NCBI GenBank assembly: GCA_965153285.1 | Contig: OZ229113.1 | From: Podarcis tiliguerta | Taxonomy: Eukaryota | Direction: 5' to 3' (one strand) | DNA: 64,000 nucleotides | Notes under the pieces: generated by a model | The model's database searches: none | Told to the model about the DNA's origin: nothing | The model's input: only the letters and a program-made list of their open reading frames with translations | Position numbers and translations under genes: made by a program | In this document: positions 1-15,988 of the stretch, piece by piece | Layout of the letters: every line of letters starts with the position of its first letter | How positions within the stretch are numbered: position 1 is the stretch's first letter

Positions 1-199
1 GAAAACAAGAAAAAAAATATTCTGAATCTCAGAAACCAGAACAGCAAGAGGGATCGCTGCGCAGTGAAAGCAGCAATCCCTCTTGCTGTTCTGGCTTCTG
101 TGATAGCTGTGCAGCCTGCATTCGCTCCATAAGACACACACACATTTCCCCTTACATTTTAGGAGGGAAAAAGTGAGTCTTATAGAGCAAAAAATACGG
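1..199. mobile_element. Right end of a Tc1/mariner-pogo (Tigger/Tc2-like) DNA transposon, truncated by the window edge
   Basis: Ends GTCTTATAGAGCAAAAAATACGG followed by TA (200-201), with a subterminal inverted copy TTCGCTCCATAAGAC at 121. Confidence 0.65.
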
Positions 200-620
200 T
201 AATTAACAATGTTTTCATTTCAGTAATTAAAATTTCATTATACACTGGCTTCACCCATTCACTGAGGATCTGTTTGTTGCAGTCACCTTTTCTACTGAAA
301 TGAATGAGAAAACTGCTCACATGGGATTTCTAACACTACTTCTGAGATATACAGAGCTCTACATCGACACTACTGGCTAAATACCAAGCAGATACAAATC
401 ATGGTACCATAGCTCTGAAGGCAGATCTAAACCATCTGATAACAATACACAATTCAGCCTGTAATGTTTGTTGCACAAATGCATCATAAAAACAAGGTAG
501 TGATCTACATCCTGCAATCATTTACCACAATACCACCAATATGGACTTTGGTTGGCCTCAATTGCAGTAATCCTGAAACTGCTTACTCCGATATAATTAT
601 ATTGAAAGCAAAAGGGATTA

Positions 621-890
<270 letters not shown>

Positions 891-2150
891 CTAAAAGAAT
901 AAAATGGAAGCACCATTAGTTTCTTATTGATAATTTGAAGGTGCAAACTATAAGCAAAAGTCAAATAGGATTATTAATTTTTTTAATAGGGTGGTGAGGG
1001 ACAGGAGACTGCATACAGGTGAATACATACTTGCAAGTTTAACAATCTTAAGCGCTTAGAAGTATGAAACTTGCACTCAGGTACATAAGGTTAGGATTGC
1101 AACCTAAGCTAGTTGCACTAAAGTCCAACTGAAAATCAATCAGAATTAAGTTAGCCATGACTACCTTTTCCCATAGATTTCAGTGGGACCTAATAGTGGC
1201 TAGCTTAGTTCATATCCAAGCAGCTGAATATATATAACATTTCTTTGGGAAATTGGATGCTAAAACACAGCACCCTATTTAACCGGGCACAATAAAGAAA
1301 TCAAAACCTGAATCTCAAACATATTTTCTGGGAAATAAAATGTCATTGGTTTCAATAAAACTGAAATAAGGGTGGTTGCATTAGTGCAGTGTGGCATTTT
1401 GGAGAGCTGTGCTGAAGCAATGACTAAATGCAAGCTAGCAACAACCTCCAAATTCAGGCTGGTGATTGTAGATGAAGCTTGCACTACAAATCTATTTGTG
1501 TACTCCATGGCAATCTAGTGTGAATCAGCAGCACTTCCTTCCACACAACATGCTTAGAATCAGGAGGCCTGAAGCCCTCTACCTGACCCAGAGCCAAAGT
1601 CTCCTTTTACACTCCCCACTTGAGTTTTGGCCCCTGTCTTCCAAGTAAGTAGCAACTTCTTAAAAAAACATTCTTTTCACTTCTGCTGAAACTGCCCGGT
1701 GTTGAAATTTCCGCTTAGAGTGGGCATTCTACTTCCCTCTACCAACCCTTCCTCAGCAGCCCTAGTCCTTTCAATGAAACGCAGCAGTCAATTCACTTTT
1801 CTTTTACATTCACCTGCTCCTGTTTTTCTTTTCTAATCATCTGAGGCTAAGCAGGAACCAGGCAAAAAGTTTGAGTGAGAAATAAGGCAGGCAGCAAGCT
1901 GGGACATGGTGACCTTTTATAATTTTAGTGCAAATAGTGCAACTCCTGAACTCAAAAATAGCATCCTTATTCCTGCTTCTCTCTCTATAAGGCCCTGTTT
2001 CTTCCTCATCTCTTTGGTCTCATAGGGTACTCTCTCTCTCTCTGTCTCTCTCTCCTAAGTTAACTGTCCCAGAACAGGACAACTGCCCCTCAGACTTTGC
2101 TGGGCACCTATGTGAGAAGTTGTTAGCCTTTTCTTCTGAAGCTTCTAGAA

Positions 2151-2289
2151 GAGGGTGGGGAAACTTATGGCTGCCCAGGGGTTGCTGGATCCAAACTTCC
2201 ATCAGCTTCAGCCATCACCACCAAAGGTCAGTGATAATGGGAACGGAGAGTCCAGCAACATCTGGAGGGCCACAAGTTCCCCACCCTTG
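2151..2289. mobile_element. Palindromic MITE-like squamate repeat (GGGGAAACTT...AAGTTCCCC family)
   Basis: Inverted ends GGGTGGGGAAACTT / AAGTTCCCCACCC. Related copies at ~14744-14863, ~25750-25860, ~29541-29750 and ~45935-45990. Confidence 0.55.
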
Positions 2290-4677
2290 TTCTAGAAACT
2301 TCTGGCAGGAAAGACAAGTACAGATGACAAAGTATGAATTGGGCACCCTGAGAAAAAATGTTTTAGCTTAAGGTTGCAGTCCTGTGAGGAATTATTACTT
2401 ATTAGGGCTAATGCTACTGAAACAATTTGAACGTATTTCTGAATAAACATGGTTATAATCATGATATAAAGCTGTATTCCTAGGAACAGTTACTGAACAC
2501 AGTGAGATATCCCTCAGAATAAGATCCATTTCCCCTCAGTGAGATTTCTTCCCATAATAAGAATAAGAATTATAATGCTAGGATTGTACCCTAATACACT
2601 GATTATTTTTTCCTAGTCAAAATACTATAAGATGTTAACAACAATTCGACATTCTAGCAATATTACTTCAGGTGCCATACCTTATTTTTTCCCAGCAACA
2701 AATTGAATTATAGCTTTACTAAGTCAATAAACCATAGTGTTTATTGGAACACATTTTGAAAAAATATTATTTGATCCTATGCATGTCTTTCTAGATATGC
2801 ATACTACTGGGTGTGTTTTTGGGTTTGTTTTTTTAAAAAAGCTTCAAATACAAGAGGAATACCTTTGGTCATTTTTAAAATAATAATAAAAAACTCCACA
2901 GAAAAAGTATATTTTCAACTCTCTGTGTTTACAACATAATGCCGGAAACTCTGGAAAGACGCTAAAGAAAAATATCTGGGCCCAGGAGAAAGAGACTGGC
3001 AAGTAAAGCTGTAAAAGAGGCACAGAACACAAACATTTACATTATAAAACAGACTAAACAGATAAGTAAGAACTTGTTGACTGGAGATAGCTAGCTGTGC
3101 GTGTGTTTCTGCTCGACTGTTCAGCTTATAAAAATATGTTCTACATGAGCTAGAAGGAATACAGACAATTCAAAGTTGCAGCACAACTAAATCTTACTGC
3201 TTTATCCCACTAATGGGGGGGGGGGGATATTTTAAGTAAGAATGAGATTATTATCTTATCCTCCATTGTACTCTTCTATTACAATTTCTCAAACATTAGA
3301 AACAGATAGTTTATCATCTTTCTTTGTCACTTAATTTATACAGGCAAAAGCCAACATTAGCCATACCCTGAGCTGACCCATCAAATGAGTCTGCTCTATC
3401 ATTTGTCAGATATCAGCCATCATCTTAAATTTGACAGAAAATCCTATGTTTCCAAAGGGATTAGGGCAAAGCAACCTAATCTATGGATCAATTAAATCCG
3501 ACTATTTAGATTAGCCCTGATGAAGTTCAATGCTCTGTCTTTTTTTTTTTTTAAGTGTTGTAAAGGTGCAATGCAAGAGTCAAGACTTAAGGACAAACCA
3601 GTGAACAGAGATTAAACTGCTATCCTAAATATTTTTACTCAGGAGTAAATCCCACAGAGTTCACAGTGATTTATTTCAACAGCTTTAGTTACATGAAAGT
3701 CATACCGAACCCAGTTGAGGCTTATTTCCAGGCAAACATACTTAGGATCACAGTCTCCCATGTGGCAATATTCCCATACTTGCTTGGATGTACCGGTAAG
3801 TGTCACTGGAAACAATAGTGTTTACTTCCATGTAAGCACAGTTAAGACTGGGATGTAATTCCAGGTATTCTCATTTGGTAGATTTTGGCCTTTGTGGTGT
3901 GCAAGTATGCAGTTACCATCTGCTGTAGTAAATAACAGAAAGTCCATGGATAGTTTGTTTTAAATAGCAGAACCAGTTAAGTCCTTAACTTTACTAGGAC
4001 TCTTCTACAAGAAGTGGACTGTTGATCTGCTGCATCAGAATGCTGAAAGGCAAGCTCTTGTGGAAACATGTAAAGAAATAATAATTATTCCCAAAATTAT
4101 TTGAATAACAACACTCCTTGGTTGTGGGAAATAGTTATACCTACAAGGAGGAGATTATATAAGCAAAACCTAGCAAAATCCAGTCTTTGTGTTCTTCCCG
4201 AGAATTTATTCAGTTATGGATTGGTGGTTTTTATTTTCTTTTGAGGGACAGAATAATAATAAAAAAAACCCCACCAATAGTAGTGTATGCTGGATGGGAA
4301 GCTGGAAAAGGGAACTGTTAACAGTCTGCCCATCTCAGCAGTTTTATATGCCGGAGTCTGGTTTAATTCCTCTTCACCCATCACATCCCAAGTATTTTCT
4401 GGTTTTTAAAAAAACACTGATTTTGGTGGTTTTAGGATGCAACGCTCTATGTGTGCGTATGTTGAAGGACTTGAATACAGTGGGACTTACTTCTGAATAG
4501 GCAACTATGCATAGGACTGCAACAGTTTGTTACAAAGGGTTACATATTTATTGATAATATAAGACAAAGTTCCCTTGCTTGCAAAGGTGTGTGTGTTCTG
4601 GGGGCAGGGAAAATCCTGAACAAGAAACATTTAATTAATTGTTGTTGTTACTTTTATTGATTTATTATGTTTATGTT

Positions 4678-4716
<39 letters not shown>

Positions 4717-4730
4717 AAAAAGAAAGAAAG
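4678..4730 (+). repeat. (GAAA)n microsatellite
   Basis: Read directly. Confidence 0.95.
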
Positions 4731-7700
4731 ACCGAACAAGGGCTTGAAGCCCAAAAGTTCTCAAAACTGAAGCTGGCTGGAGAATAACACGTTTGGGAAC
4801 TAATAAGGAAGAAACTGAACCAGTGCGAACAGATCTTTGTCATCCTCCTTGGCTGCTACTTAAGAGACCCGGGCAGGTAATCGGATTTAATATCGTGGCT
4901 ATTTAAAAGCTCTGCTGGAATTCGAAGGGAGAGAAAAGCACGTACTGGCTGCTGTCAGCCTGCAGGGAAGTGAGAAAAGTGAAGCTTAGCCAGAAAAAAG
5001 AAGCGCGGGAGACTGCGGAAGCCAGCCTGAAGCAGAACTTCGCTTTTTCTGAGATCCCCTTGAAGAGGAACAGCTTGCGGGACATTAGGATGGGGGAATA
5101 CAAGGCAGACCACTTTCCCCACTATTTGGCTACCACGGCCACGTGAATTTAGTAGTGTAGCTAAATTAGGAAAAGAATTAATCGAAATAAGCAAGATCTC
5201 TAGGGAGTAGACTCAATTAAAACCAATGGCACAAAAAATGAGGGACTCGGGGGCAAGGGCCATTTATTAAGGTCGGGGGTGCAACACTTATTCCAGACCA
5301 AACTTAAACGAGAATGGGTTCTAGAGGGCTGTGGGCAGCGATTCGAGGCCAAGCAAATTCAGATGGGCCAAGCAAATTTGGGGAGGGAGGCATAAAATTG
5401 ACAAGCGTGGCATTCGATCCGGATTCACTCCTGATTCCTCTTTCACCCTACCCCTTCTGCGCCTTCATCAGTGAAGACGATCCGCTGCCAAGAACCAATG
5501 GATCGGGTCCTGATCATAAAGATGAAAGTTTTTTGGGGGGTCGATTCAGAAATGGGCTTTGAGGGGTCGATTCAGAAATGCCCAGCACACTTTGGAAGGC
5601 CTGTCCTCCGAGGAAGCGTTACTGAGAGAGGGGGCCGCCAGCCTGATCCAAGTATTGCGCGCACTTGGTTCGATTAGATTTACTTGCAAGTAAATGTGAA
5701 GCCTTGGGGTGAAATCAAGTGTGTGTGAGAGAGGGAGGGAGGGAGAGAGACGCCTGCCCTCCAATGAGCGCGTTCGGGTGGCGTCTGCCAAGTGGGAAAA
5801 CCACCTGCAGGCCTCTCGTACCCAAGGAAGCCTTTCCAGAGAGGAAGCTACTCGCCCCAGGCTCTCTGCGTGCCCGGGGCTAGGAGGGGCGCCTTCACTG
5901 GGCTCCCGGAGGCTGAAAACAGGCTGGACAGTGGTCGGCCGGGCGAGAGGAGAGGTGCTTCCAGGGAGCGCTAGGATGGCTCCGCCTGGGATGTTTGGGC
6001 GAAGGGGGCAGGCAGACTGAACAAGTGTGAACGGGCTGAGCAATCCTCTACTCTACATAAGGGAAACACTGATGTCATGGAGGGCGGGGGTAGACCCCGG
6101 GGTCTTCCTCGACTCCGGGTTGACGAGGGTAAATCTTAACACCCTTTTAAAACTTGCTAAGCCGGTTCTAAAGGGAGAACGGAGATCTGTTAGGTTGAGC
6201 GCCGGGCTACTGAAATCGATCCTACACGTGTCCCCTCGGAAGGAAGTCCTCCTGAATCCAGGAGAGGGGGTCTTACTCCCTGGGAAGTAGCGAGAGGAGC
6301 CTGCGGCTGTTCAGGAGGAGCTGGGCACAAAGTTTTGCCCACGGGCGGATTCCGTCTCCTGTTTTGAAGCGCAAGGCCCGAAAGCAGCAACCATCTCCCC
6401 GCCTCCCAAAGGAGCAAACCTTCAAAACACAAACGCTGAACTACTGCAGAGGTCAAAGAACTTATTCTGGAGCAATGGGGGTGGGGGCCGTCATGAGACC
6501 TTTTTGTTTTTTTTGCAAAGTGAGTGTTCTGTTACTTTATTTATTTGTTCATGGATGAATGCCGGGCGATTGCATCCACACACACGCAAACTCAGCCGTC
6601 CTGCTTCGTTTTAAAACTCTGCTGGGGGGCTACTGACCAAGAGGCTGACTTGTTCCGTGCGAACAAATGCGAGTTTTACACCCAAAGGGAAATATCTGGG
6701 GGGATGTTTATATGCAGGGATACTTCTAGCTTTGGCGTTTCTTAAAGTTAGGCTTGAAGTACTAGGATTTTTTTTTGATTATTTTTTTAAGCACGCGGAC
6801 GCTTTTGTTACTATCACACGTGCATTATACCCCAATGGAGGGGGTCGATTTTAAACGTCTGGAAATCTGCGTGTATCTGTTTTCCATTTGCTACCGTATG
6901 CACGTGGACTAAGCTGCCGGCTGCAGCGGGTGCTCTCAACATATGGGATCCAAACACAAAAAAAATCCACGCCAACCTTGAGTTATGTGTTAATCCCTTT
7001 GGGGACACCCGGAGGGGGTGGGAGCGGCTGAGCGGCTTCAGTTACAAAGCGGCGCTCGCAGGTGCTTCGCACTGAGCCAACCTTCGAGTCCTAAGTTATT
7101 TTATAGGGGCGATCTCCCTGACCCCGGCGCAAATCAGGTGCACAGCTTCAGCGGCTGAAGGGGCTGCTTCCTTCCGCAGCATGTAGGGATGTGTGTGTAT
7201 CCCCCCGCAACATGTAAACAGACCTTCCACAAAAACCACCAGAGCCTTTCCCTCCTTTTACAGCACTCTTCGTGCAGACCGATCATGTTAATGTTTCCTC
7301 GCAAGTCAGTCCCGCAGAATTCAGCGAGGCCGCCGCAGCCTTGTCGTAGCTATTTGTGAATGAACTTCAGGGGCCGAAAGGAGAAAGCTCTCCTCCCTTT
7401 CGTGCTCCAACCTGAGCTATACAGAGATGGTGAGAGCTCAGCTATGAAAGGAGAGGGCCTTGCCGCGTTCAGCGCTTTGCTGCGCTCAGCGAAAGACCGT
7501 AAATGTGAATGAGGAGGCTTCAATAGCACTCTAGAGGCCAGGTCCTCATCTCGCGGGTGCCTTTACGCCTCCGAGACTACACTTGCGAGGCTTGCTTCAC
7601 TCGGCTTTAAGTCAAACTGCCTTTACGCAGAGGTAATCCTAAGGGTGCCTAACAGTGTTTACTTCTAAACGAAGCAAGCGGGATTTCTAAAATAACCACT

Positions 7701-9407
7701 TGTTGAGGTCAGATCTGCGCGTAGATACCGCTGGCTGTGATGGAAGCATGTCTAAGATTGTAATAGATGTTAGGTAGTGTGTGTTAGTGTGTGAATTCCT
7801 TACTTGTCACCGTGGACAATTCTGCTCCCGTAAATACCTGCTTAGATTTATTCCTGCTCCATCCACCAGCCGGCTATGCTCTAAAATATTCGGAGGGACG
7901 CCGTATGAAATAGTGTGGGTGAGAGAAAGCGTGTGTAGATTTTTTTAAAAATGGTTTGGCTCCCTGTGTTTCTGCTAAAGGGCTTTGGGAATTGGGGTAT
8001 TAATTCAGTAACTGCTTTTGACTCCCTAGAGGGAGGGAGGAGGAATCGTGAGCGACTGGAAGCAGGTCTAAGCTCAATCTTCCCGTGAAATATTTCCTCC
8101 TCCATGATATTTACTTACACGTGTTACTCCTTGTCCTCCTGGCGTGAAGTCCTTTGATCCTTTCTACTTTGCCTGCTTGTGCCTGGCATCCCCGAAGGCG
8201 TTTATTCGGGAGGAAGCCCCACGGAATTCAAATGAGCATTTCCTTCCAAATACTCTTAGTGTTTTAGGAAGGTCGAGTTTAAGGCTCGGAGGTCGGTCAG
8301 TGCTTTCGGGAGGAAGGCGTTAAGTTCTGGGTGATTGTAGGAAGTAAGTAGCCTTCTCTCTCATGGGGAAATCTCTATTAGGGGAAGGGTGGGTGGAAAG
8401 TAGAGGGAGGTCTATCTAGCCCTGGCCAGTTGAGGCCTGCTGGTTTCTGCGGTTCTTGCACATAATACTAGGTGGCCTTTGGTCTTAAGCGAGGCTTGCA
8501 CACTTACGAGAACTTATTACTACAGGCTGATTATACCTTCTCTGTTAAGTGATTTTGAGAATTCACTCCTGTTTACTAAACTTTTAGAGACATGGATCAG
8601 ATTGTGGAGGTTCCACTTTTGTTTTGGGTTTGTTTGAAAATAAAACAAGCCAGTTTACCAGTGTATTACGATGGGAAAGATATCTCCATGGCACCCTAGG
8701 TGTTCAGGGTGGCACTTTCAGGGCAATCCTAACCATGCCTATGCAGAAGTAAGTCCTATTGAATTTAGTGAGATGTATTCCCAGGCAAATGTAGGTAGCT
8801 GCTACTCGATAGAAGGAATTAAGCTCAGCTGAGCAGAGCGTGGCTTGCTTTTGGTGGAAAATGCACAGGACAACGTGCTAAGGCTAAGTCTCCCTTAACT
8901 CGGTAGGCTTTATTCCTCACTAAAGCTGTTTAGGGTCGCGCTACACGGCGGCGCCCGTGCGCCCACTTCCTCCGAAGTAAACTTCAATTATTGTAAGGGG
9001 TCTTGCTGCCAGGTCAACCTGCACGAGGGGCCGTCGGCATGGCTGCAATCCGACGCCCACTTACTCCGAAAGATGCCCCCTTCCAATTTAGTCAGACTTC
9101 CTAACGAGGATCGGACCCGGTTAGACATTTCAGGAGCCTTTTCCGCGCGCCACGAAACCGCATCTAAGGATGCCGTCCACATGGCCGTGGGCCGAACTTT
9201 GCGGTTTCCGTTTCGAGGCTGCCACCCTTTCCCCAAAGCACACTTCGCTGGAAAAGTCCAGCCCCGCTGCTTTCTGTGGATCTTACTTCCGAGTAAACCC
9301 GCACAGGCTCGGGCTGCCCGGCTGCAAGCCGAAACTCCCCCCCCCCGCAAGTCCCCTCTGCAAGCCGTGGGCCTTTACTGCCAAGTAAATAGTAATGGGC
9401 TGCATTA

Positions 9408-11594
<2,187 letters not shown>

Positions 11595-11609
<15 letters not shown>

Positions 11610-11800
11610 AATGGAGATTGACTGGAAATGAATTTGCTTTTACAGTAAGAGAGTCCGGAGGAATGCCATTCCCTCAGCTCTTTTGCATAGGGGAGGGCGC
11701 CGGCCAATCAGAGCCCTTTCCGGTATTCAGCAGGGCGCGGCTCCAACCCGCGGGCTCCTGGAATTGGCCTGCGCACCGCCGCTGGAAGCTACTGTAAAAA
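11595..11800 (-). promoter_or_regulatory. RUNX1: RUNX1 proximal (P2) TATA-less promoter
   Basis: CCAAT 11704-11708, ETS-like TTTCCGG 11717-11723, GC-box-like GGGGAGGGCG, octamer-like TTTTGCAT 11681-11688 and inverted GGAATG/CATTCC pair 11660-11672, all directly upstream of the inferred TSS. Confidence 0.75.
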
Positions 11801-13004
11801 GCCAAAGGGAGGCCCGCGTGTCAATGGGACGCCGCGATTACCGCAGCGCGCGCGCGAGAAAGAACAAGCGAGCAAGCGGCAGACCTCCGGGCGGCGGCTG
11901 CGGCGGCGTCTTGCGCGAAGCCTCAGAAAGGCGGACTGAGGGAGATGCGGGGACAAGAGTCGCGCGGCCCGCTCACGCGCCAAACGTTTCCCTCGTGCGT
12001 GGGTGGGTCCCCGCGGGACAATGAAAAGGGCGCGAAAGTAGTTCCCGAGACTCTCAGTCGCCTGGCTGGCTTCGAGAAGGAAGCTCACCCCGCACGGACC
12101 CCGAGCACCCGACCACCCCCACCCAGCCGGGCTTTTTCAACAGTCAACCCACACGAAGCCTAGGCCAGGTCCCACGCAGTGACTGGGCTAGTAACCCCCC
12201 TCAGCACGCGCGGCTGAGGGAAAGGGGATGGGCGGTTTTCGCTTCATGTGGAAATAAAGCGAGTTATATCTCCTTCAGTAAGAGCTGCTGCCTCCCCTTC
12301 CAAGTAGTATTATTTTGCCCCGATTCAGCATGTGAGCCCCCACAAAATGCAAAGTTCTGGGCAAAGGTTCGCCTGGTGAATATTTGCCTATCGCACAGTT
12401 GTTTACCAGGATGGGGAAACCTCCCCCCGTTCGGGTGGTTTAACTCCAGTTCCCATCTGCTCCAGCCAGCAGGGCCAAATATTTGGGACAAGGGGAGCTG
12501 GAGTCCATCCACATCTGCAGGCCCACAGATTCCCTACCTCTCTATGTGAAAGGCGTGAAGGGTCTGCAAGAAGAAAAAAGATGGCAGCCCTCCCCTCAAA
12601 TGAACAGCGCACACTTCCTGCCTCCCTTTGTGCAGAGCGCGCCAAAGATTGCTATTTTACACTTTTCCATACACTCCTGGATTAAGTGCACAGAGAGAAA
12701 TGTTTTTCAAAGGTCTCACTTCCTTTCTCCTCTGATCTGTTCCTCACATCTCTAGAGATTATGCCCAAATTTCAATATGCAGTACATCACACTGCAGCCC
12801 ATGTTCTTTCTGAGACTATAAAAAAATGCTTTGAAAAAGTTGGCCAGGGCAATCATAGTCACTGAGGCGTTTTATAGATCAGTCACACAGATAGGGGTGT
12901 TTTGTCAGACTTTGGCACTGCAGTGGAGGGCCCACACTGCAGGGGAGAAGTTTTGGATCCATGGCAGTAGAGAGTGGGGAAATGGAGTCCCAGCTCTCCT
13001 CATA

Positions 13005-13240
13005 GAGAGCCAGTGTGGTGTCGTGGTTAAGAGTGGTGGACTCGTAATTTGGTGAACTGGGTTCGCGTCTCTGCTCCTCCATATGGAGCTGCTGGGTGAC
13101 CTTGGATCAGTCACACTTCTCTGAAGTCTCTCAGCCTCACTCACCTCACAGAGTGTTTGTTGTGGGGGAGGAAGGGAAAGGAGAATGTTAGCTGCTTTGA
13201 GACTCCTTCGAGTAGTGATAATGCGGGATATCAAATCCAA
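13005..13240 (+). mobile_element. tRNA-derived SINE with L2-type tail (Squam3-like)
   Basis: A box TGGTGTCGTGG, B box GGTTCGCGTC, CORE-like GGGTGACCTTGG and 3' GCGGGATATCAAATCCAA. Near-identical inverted copy at 50236-50488. Confidence 0.8.
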
Positions 13241-13994
13241 TCCCGCCCCCCCCGCTCTTTGTCTACAGGCCTTCACTAAGTTCAATGGAACTTGCTCCCA
13301 AGTGAGTTGGGTCAAGGATTGCAGCCTTAGCTTTCTCACTTTTTCATTTCTAGAATGTATTGGAGTGCAGCTCCCTTGGATCATAAAATGTGCTCCAGAG
13401 TTGAACCCTAGCACAGCAGTTGGACTGGCTACCAGCTGTCAGCATGAGAAGCAATAGAGCCCCGCTAATAGGAAGCTGAACTCGGATCTGGGAGCCCAGG
13501 GGAGCCAAGGCTGACCGGAAAGAATTTGCCAAAGGCAATGAGCCCATTTCTGGAGTTGAATGGCATGGATCCAGGTCTCTCAATTAGCTGGATCACACAC
13601 TTTCAACTGTTGAGTGATGGCATGAGCCTTAAGATGCCAATTTTTATAAGGAATGGCAATTATTCTTCACTGTGACAGCTCCATATTACATTATGTTCCT
13701 GATTCCAGACTCAACAATGCCTCAAATCACCTTCTCTTTGATTTTTCCTTTTTCTTCTTAAAAAAATCTGGCAGTCCTGCTCAACACAGGCTATAGTAAT
13801 CAGAACTATACTTTTGATCAGGCCAAATGAATTCATATACAGTACTGTGTCCAGTCTAAAAGAGATGTGCTATTTATATAATCTGAGGCAAAAGCACACA
13901 TGAAAAGATAAATGACATTTCTTTAGCACTCTGGCACTGGGTTATAGAGCAGCAAGGCATTTGGAAGTTTATGCTGAATGGTGGCTGATCTCAT

Positions 13995-14395
13995 AGTGAA
14001 GTAGTAATTAGTGTGTTGGACTACAGCCTTGGAAGACCTAGGTACCACTCGCCACTAGGTTACAAACCTTACTGATCTTTTAAGCCAATCCAGGGCTGCC
14101 AACTTGAATAAAATATAATGAGGGCCCAGGAGACCCATGCCCCCACATAATCGATCACATGACACATAATCAATCACATGTGCATGCACACCATTTGAAT
14201 GGGAATGCCCATCACCTTTGTGGGGGCCCAGCCCCCTCAAATATTTTATTGTGGGGGCCAAAGCCCCCAGGCCCCTGGGAGTTGGCTCCTATAAGCCAGT
14301 CACTGTCTTGCATCAACACTGGGTTGTTGGGAGGATAAACTGGAGAGCCGTATATGAGCTCCTTGGAGGAAATGTAATAAAATAAAAATAACAAA
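13995..14395 (+). mobile_element. Old MIR-like SINE interrupted by a hAT MITE
   Basis: Head GTGTTGGACTACAGCCTTGGAAGACC and tail GAGCTCCTTGGAGGAAATG align by eye with the copy at 31046-31273. Confidence 0.55.
14091..14293. mobile_element. hAT-type MITE
   Basis: Ends CAGGGCTGCCAACT / AGTTGGCTCCTATA; 8-bp TSD AGCCAATC (14083-14090) / AGCCAGTC (14294-14301). Confidence 0.65.
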
Positions 14396-14743
14396 GTGCC
14401 ATAAATATAAGCTTTTCTGCCATGGTTCTTTATGAAAGTGAGTGTAATGTAGTGGATAGTGCTGGCAGTGGTATGGCATGGGGGATCAACAGGGGCAATT
14501 GCCCTGGTGCAAAATTGTTAGGGGCACAAAATCCCAACACCCAGTTGTGCCTCAGTACAGCTGCATGTTTCCATCGCTGGGCCCCGCTGATAATGGCTTC
14601 TCCATGCAGACCAGGAAGTGACCTACCCAGACAATGGAACGACTCTTCTTTTGTGTTCTACACACCCTTGGCACACCCTTGAAATAACCTGCAGTTGAAT
14701 TCCAGGATATGTAACAACTAGCTAGCAGTGCATTTGTATGAAC

Positions 14744-14863
14744 CAGGGCTGGGGAACCCTTGGCCCTCCAGATGTTGTCGGACTGTTGCTCTCCTCATCT
14801 GCTGACCCAGGGCTGATGGGAGTTGGAGTCCAACAGCGTCTGGAGGGCCAATTCCCCCCACCC
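14744..14863. mobile_element. Palindromic MITE-like repeat, same family as 2151-2289
   Basis: CTGGGGAACCCTTGGCCCTCCAGATG ... CGTCTGGAGGGCCAATTCCCC inverted arms. Confidence 0.55.
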
Positions 14864-15483
14864 CAGACATAAATGAATGGAATTTCAGGCATTAGTGGAA
14901 CCAGCCCTCTCTTTGCCACTTGCCACTTACATCAATGCTCAGAACATACCTAGGCACACACCACAAGCCCGTGTCACTGGGGCTTTCAATCCCTCTCCCC
15001 AAATTTCTCTGCAGGGAGACAGTTTCTTAAGCTTAAGGGAGAAAGCAGAAGGCCCTTCAGAATTAGATGAGGATCTTTATTGATCAGCTTGGTGTGTTGC
15101 TTTAAATTGTAACCAAATGCTGCCGCTCAGGAGAGGGAGAGTGCTGTTGCGCTCCTGTCCTGCTTGTAAGCTTCTCACGGGCATCTGCTTGGCCACTGTG
15201 AGAACAGGATGCTGGACTCGATGGACCTTCGGCCTGATCTAGCAGGGCTCTTCTACAAACTATCCTATTTGCATGTGTGCCTCATCCCTAGATGCTTGCA
15301 TTAAGAGGCTGACACATTTCTGGAAATCCTTTGGGCCCCTGCAATTTCTTCTCCGTAACTGAACATTTTACCCCACTGTATGCTATCTTCACTTGCTGAC
15401 AGGTATCTTGGTCCAACCAGGACTATGATGCTGGTGCTCCTCCTACCCCCTGGCACAGATTATCTTAATTTATAGCATGCAGT

Positions 15484-15836
15484 GGGATGCGGGTGGCACT
15501 GTGGGTTAAACCACAGAGCCTAGGACTTGCTGATCAGAAGGTCGGCGGTTCGAATCCCCGCAATGGGGTGAGCTCCTGTTGCTCGGTCCCTGCTCCTGCC
15601 AACCTAGCAGTTCGAAAGCACGTCAAAATGCAAGTAGATAAATAGGTACCGCTCTGGCGGGAAGGTACACGGTGTTTCCGTGCGCTGCTCTGGTTCGCCA
15701 GAAGCGGCTTAGTCATGCTGGCCACATGACCCGGAAGCTGTACGCCAGCTCCCTCGGCCAATAAAGCGAGATGAACGCCGCAACCCCAGAGTCGGTCATG
15801 ACTGGACCTAATGGTCAGGGGTCCCTTTACCTTTAC
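15484..15836 (+). mobile_element. Sauria SINE (Squam1), full length
   Basis: GGGATGCGGGTGGCACTGTGG head, B box GGTTCGAATCC, (ACCTTT)n tail; 13-bp TSD TATAGCATGCAGT (15471-15483 / 15837-15849). Confidence 0.93.
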
Positions 15837-15845
15837 TATAGCATG

Positions 15846-15988
15846 CAGTTGTTGTTTTTTATAAAAATGTTTAGGGGTAGTCTCATTTTCCTACTCAATT
15901 GAAATACTGCCCCTCAACAAGGCCTACCTTAGATTCACAAAATGTTTAGGGTATGCGTACCCCTGGGTACCCCCAGGAAAAAATACTG
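15846..15988. mobile_element. Short hAT-type MITE
   Basis: CAGT...ACTG termini with T-rich/A-rich subterminal arms; exact 8-bp TSD ATAGCATG (15838-15845 / 15989-15996). Confidence 0.7.

Noticed and set aside
15534-15761. Recurring peptide HVASMTKPLLANQSS...ELTP in several ORFs (also 33193, 47996, 52220)
   Set aside because: Antisense translation of Sauria SINE copies, not a gene family.
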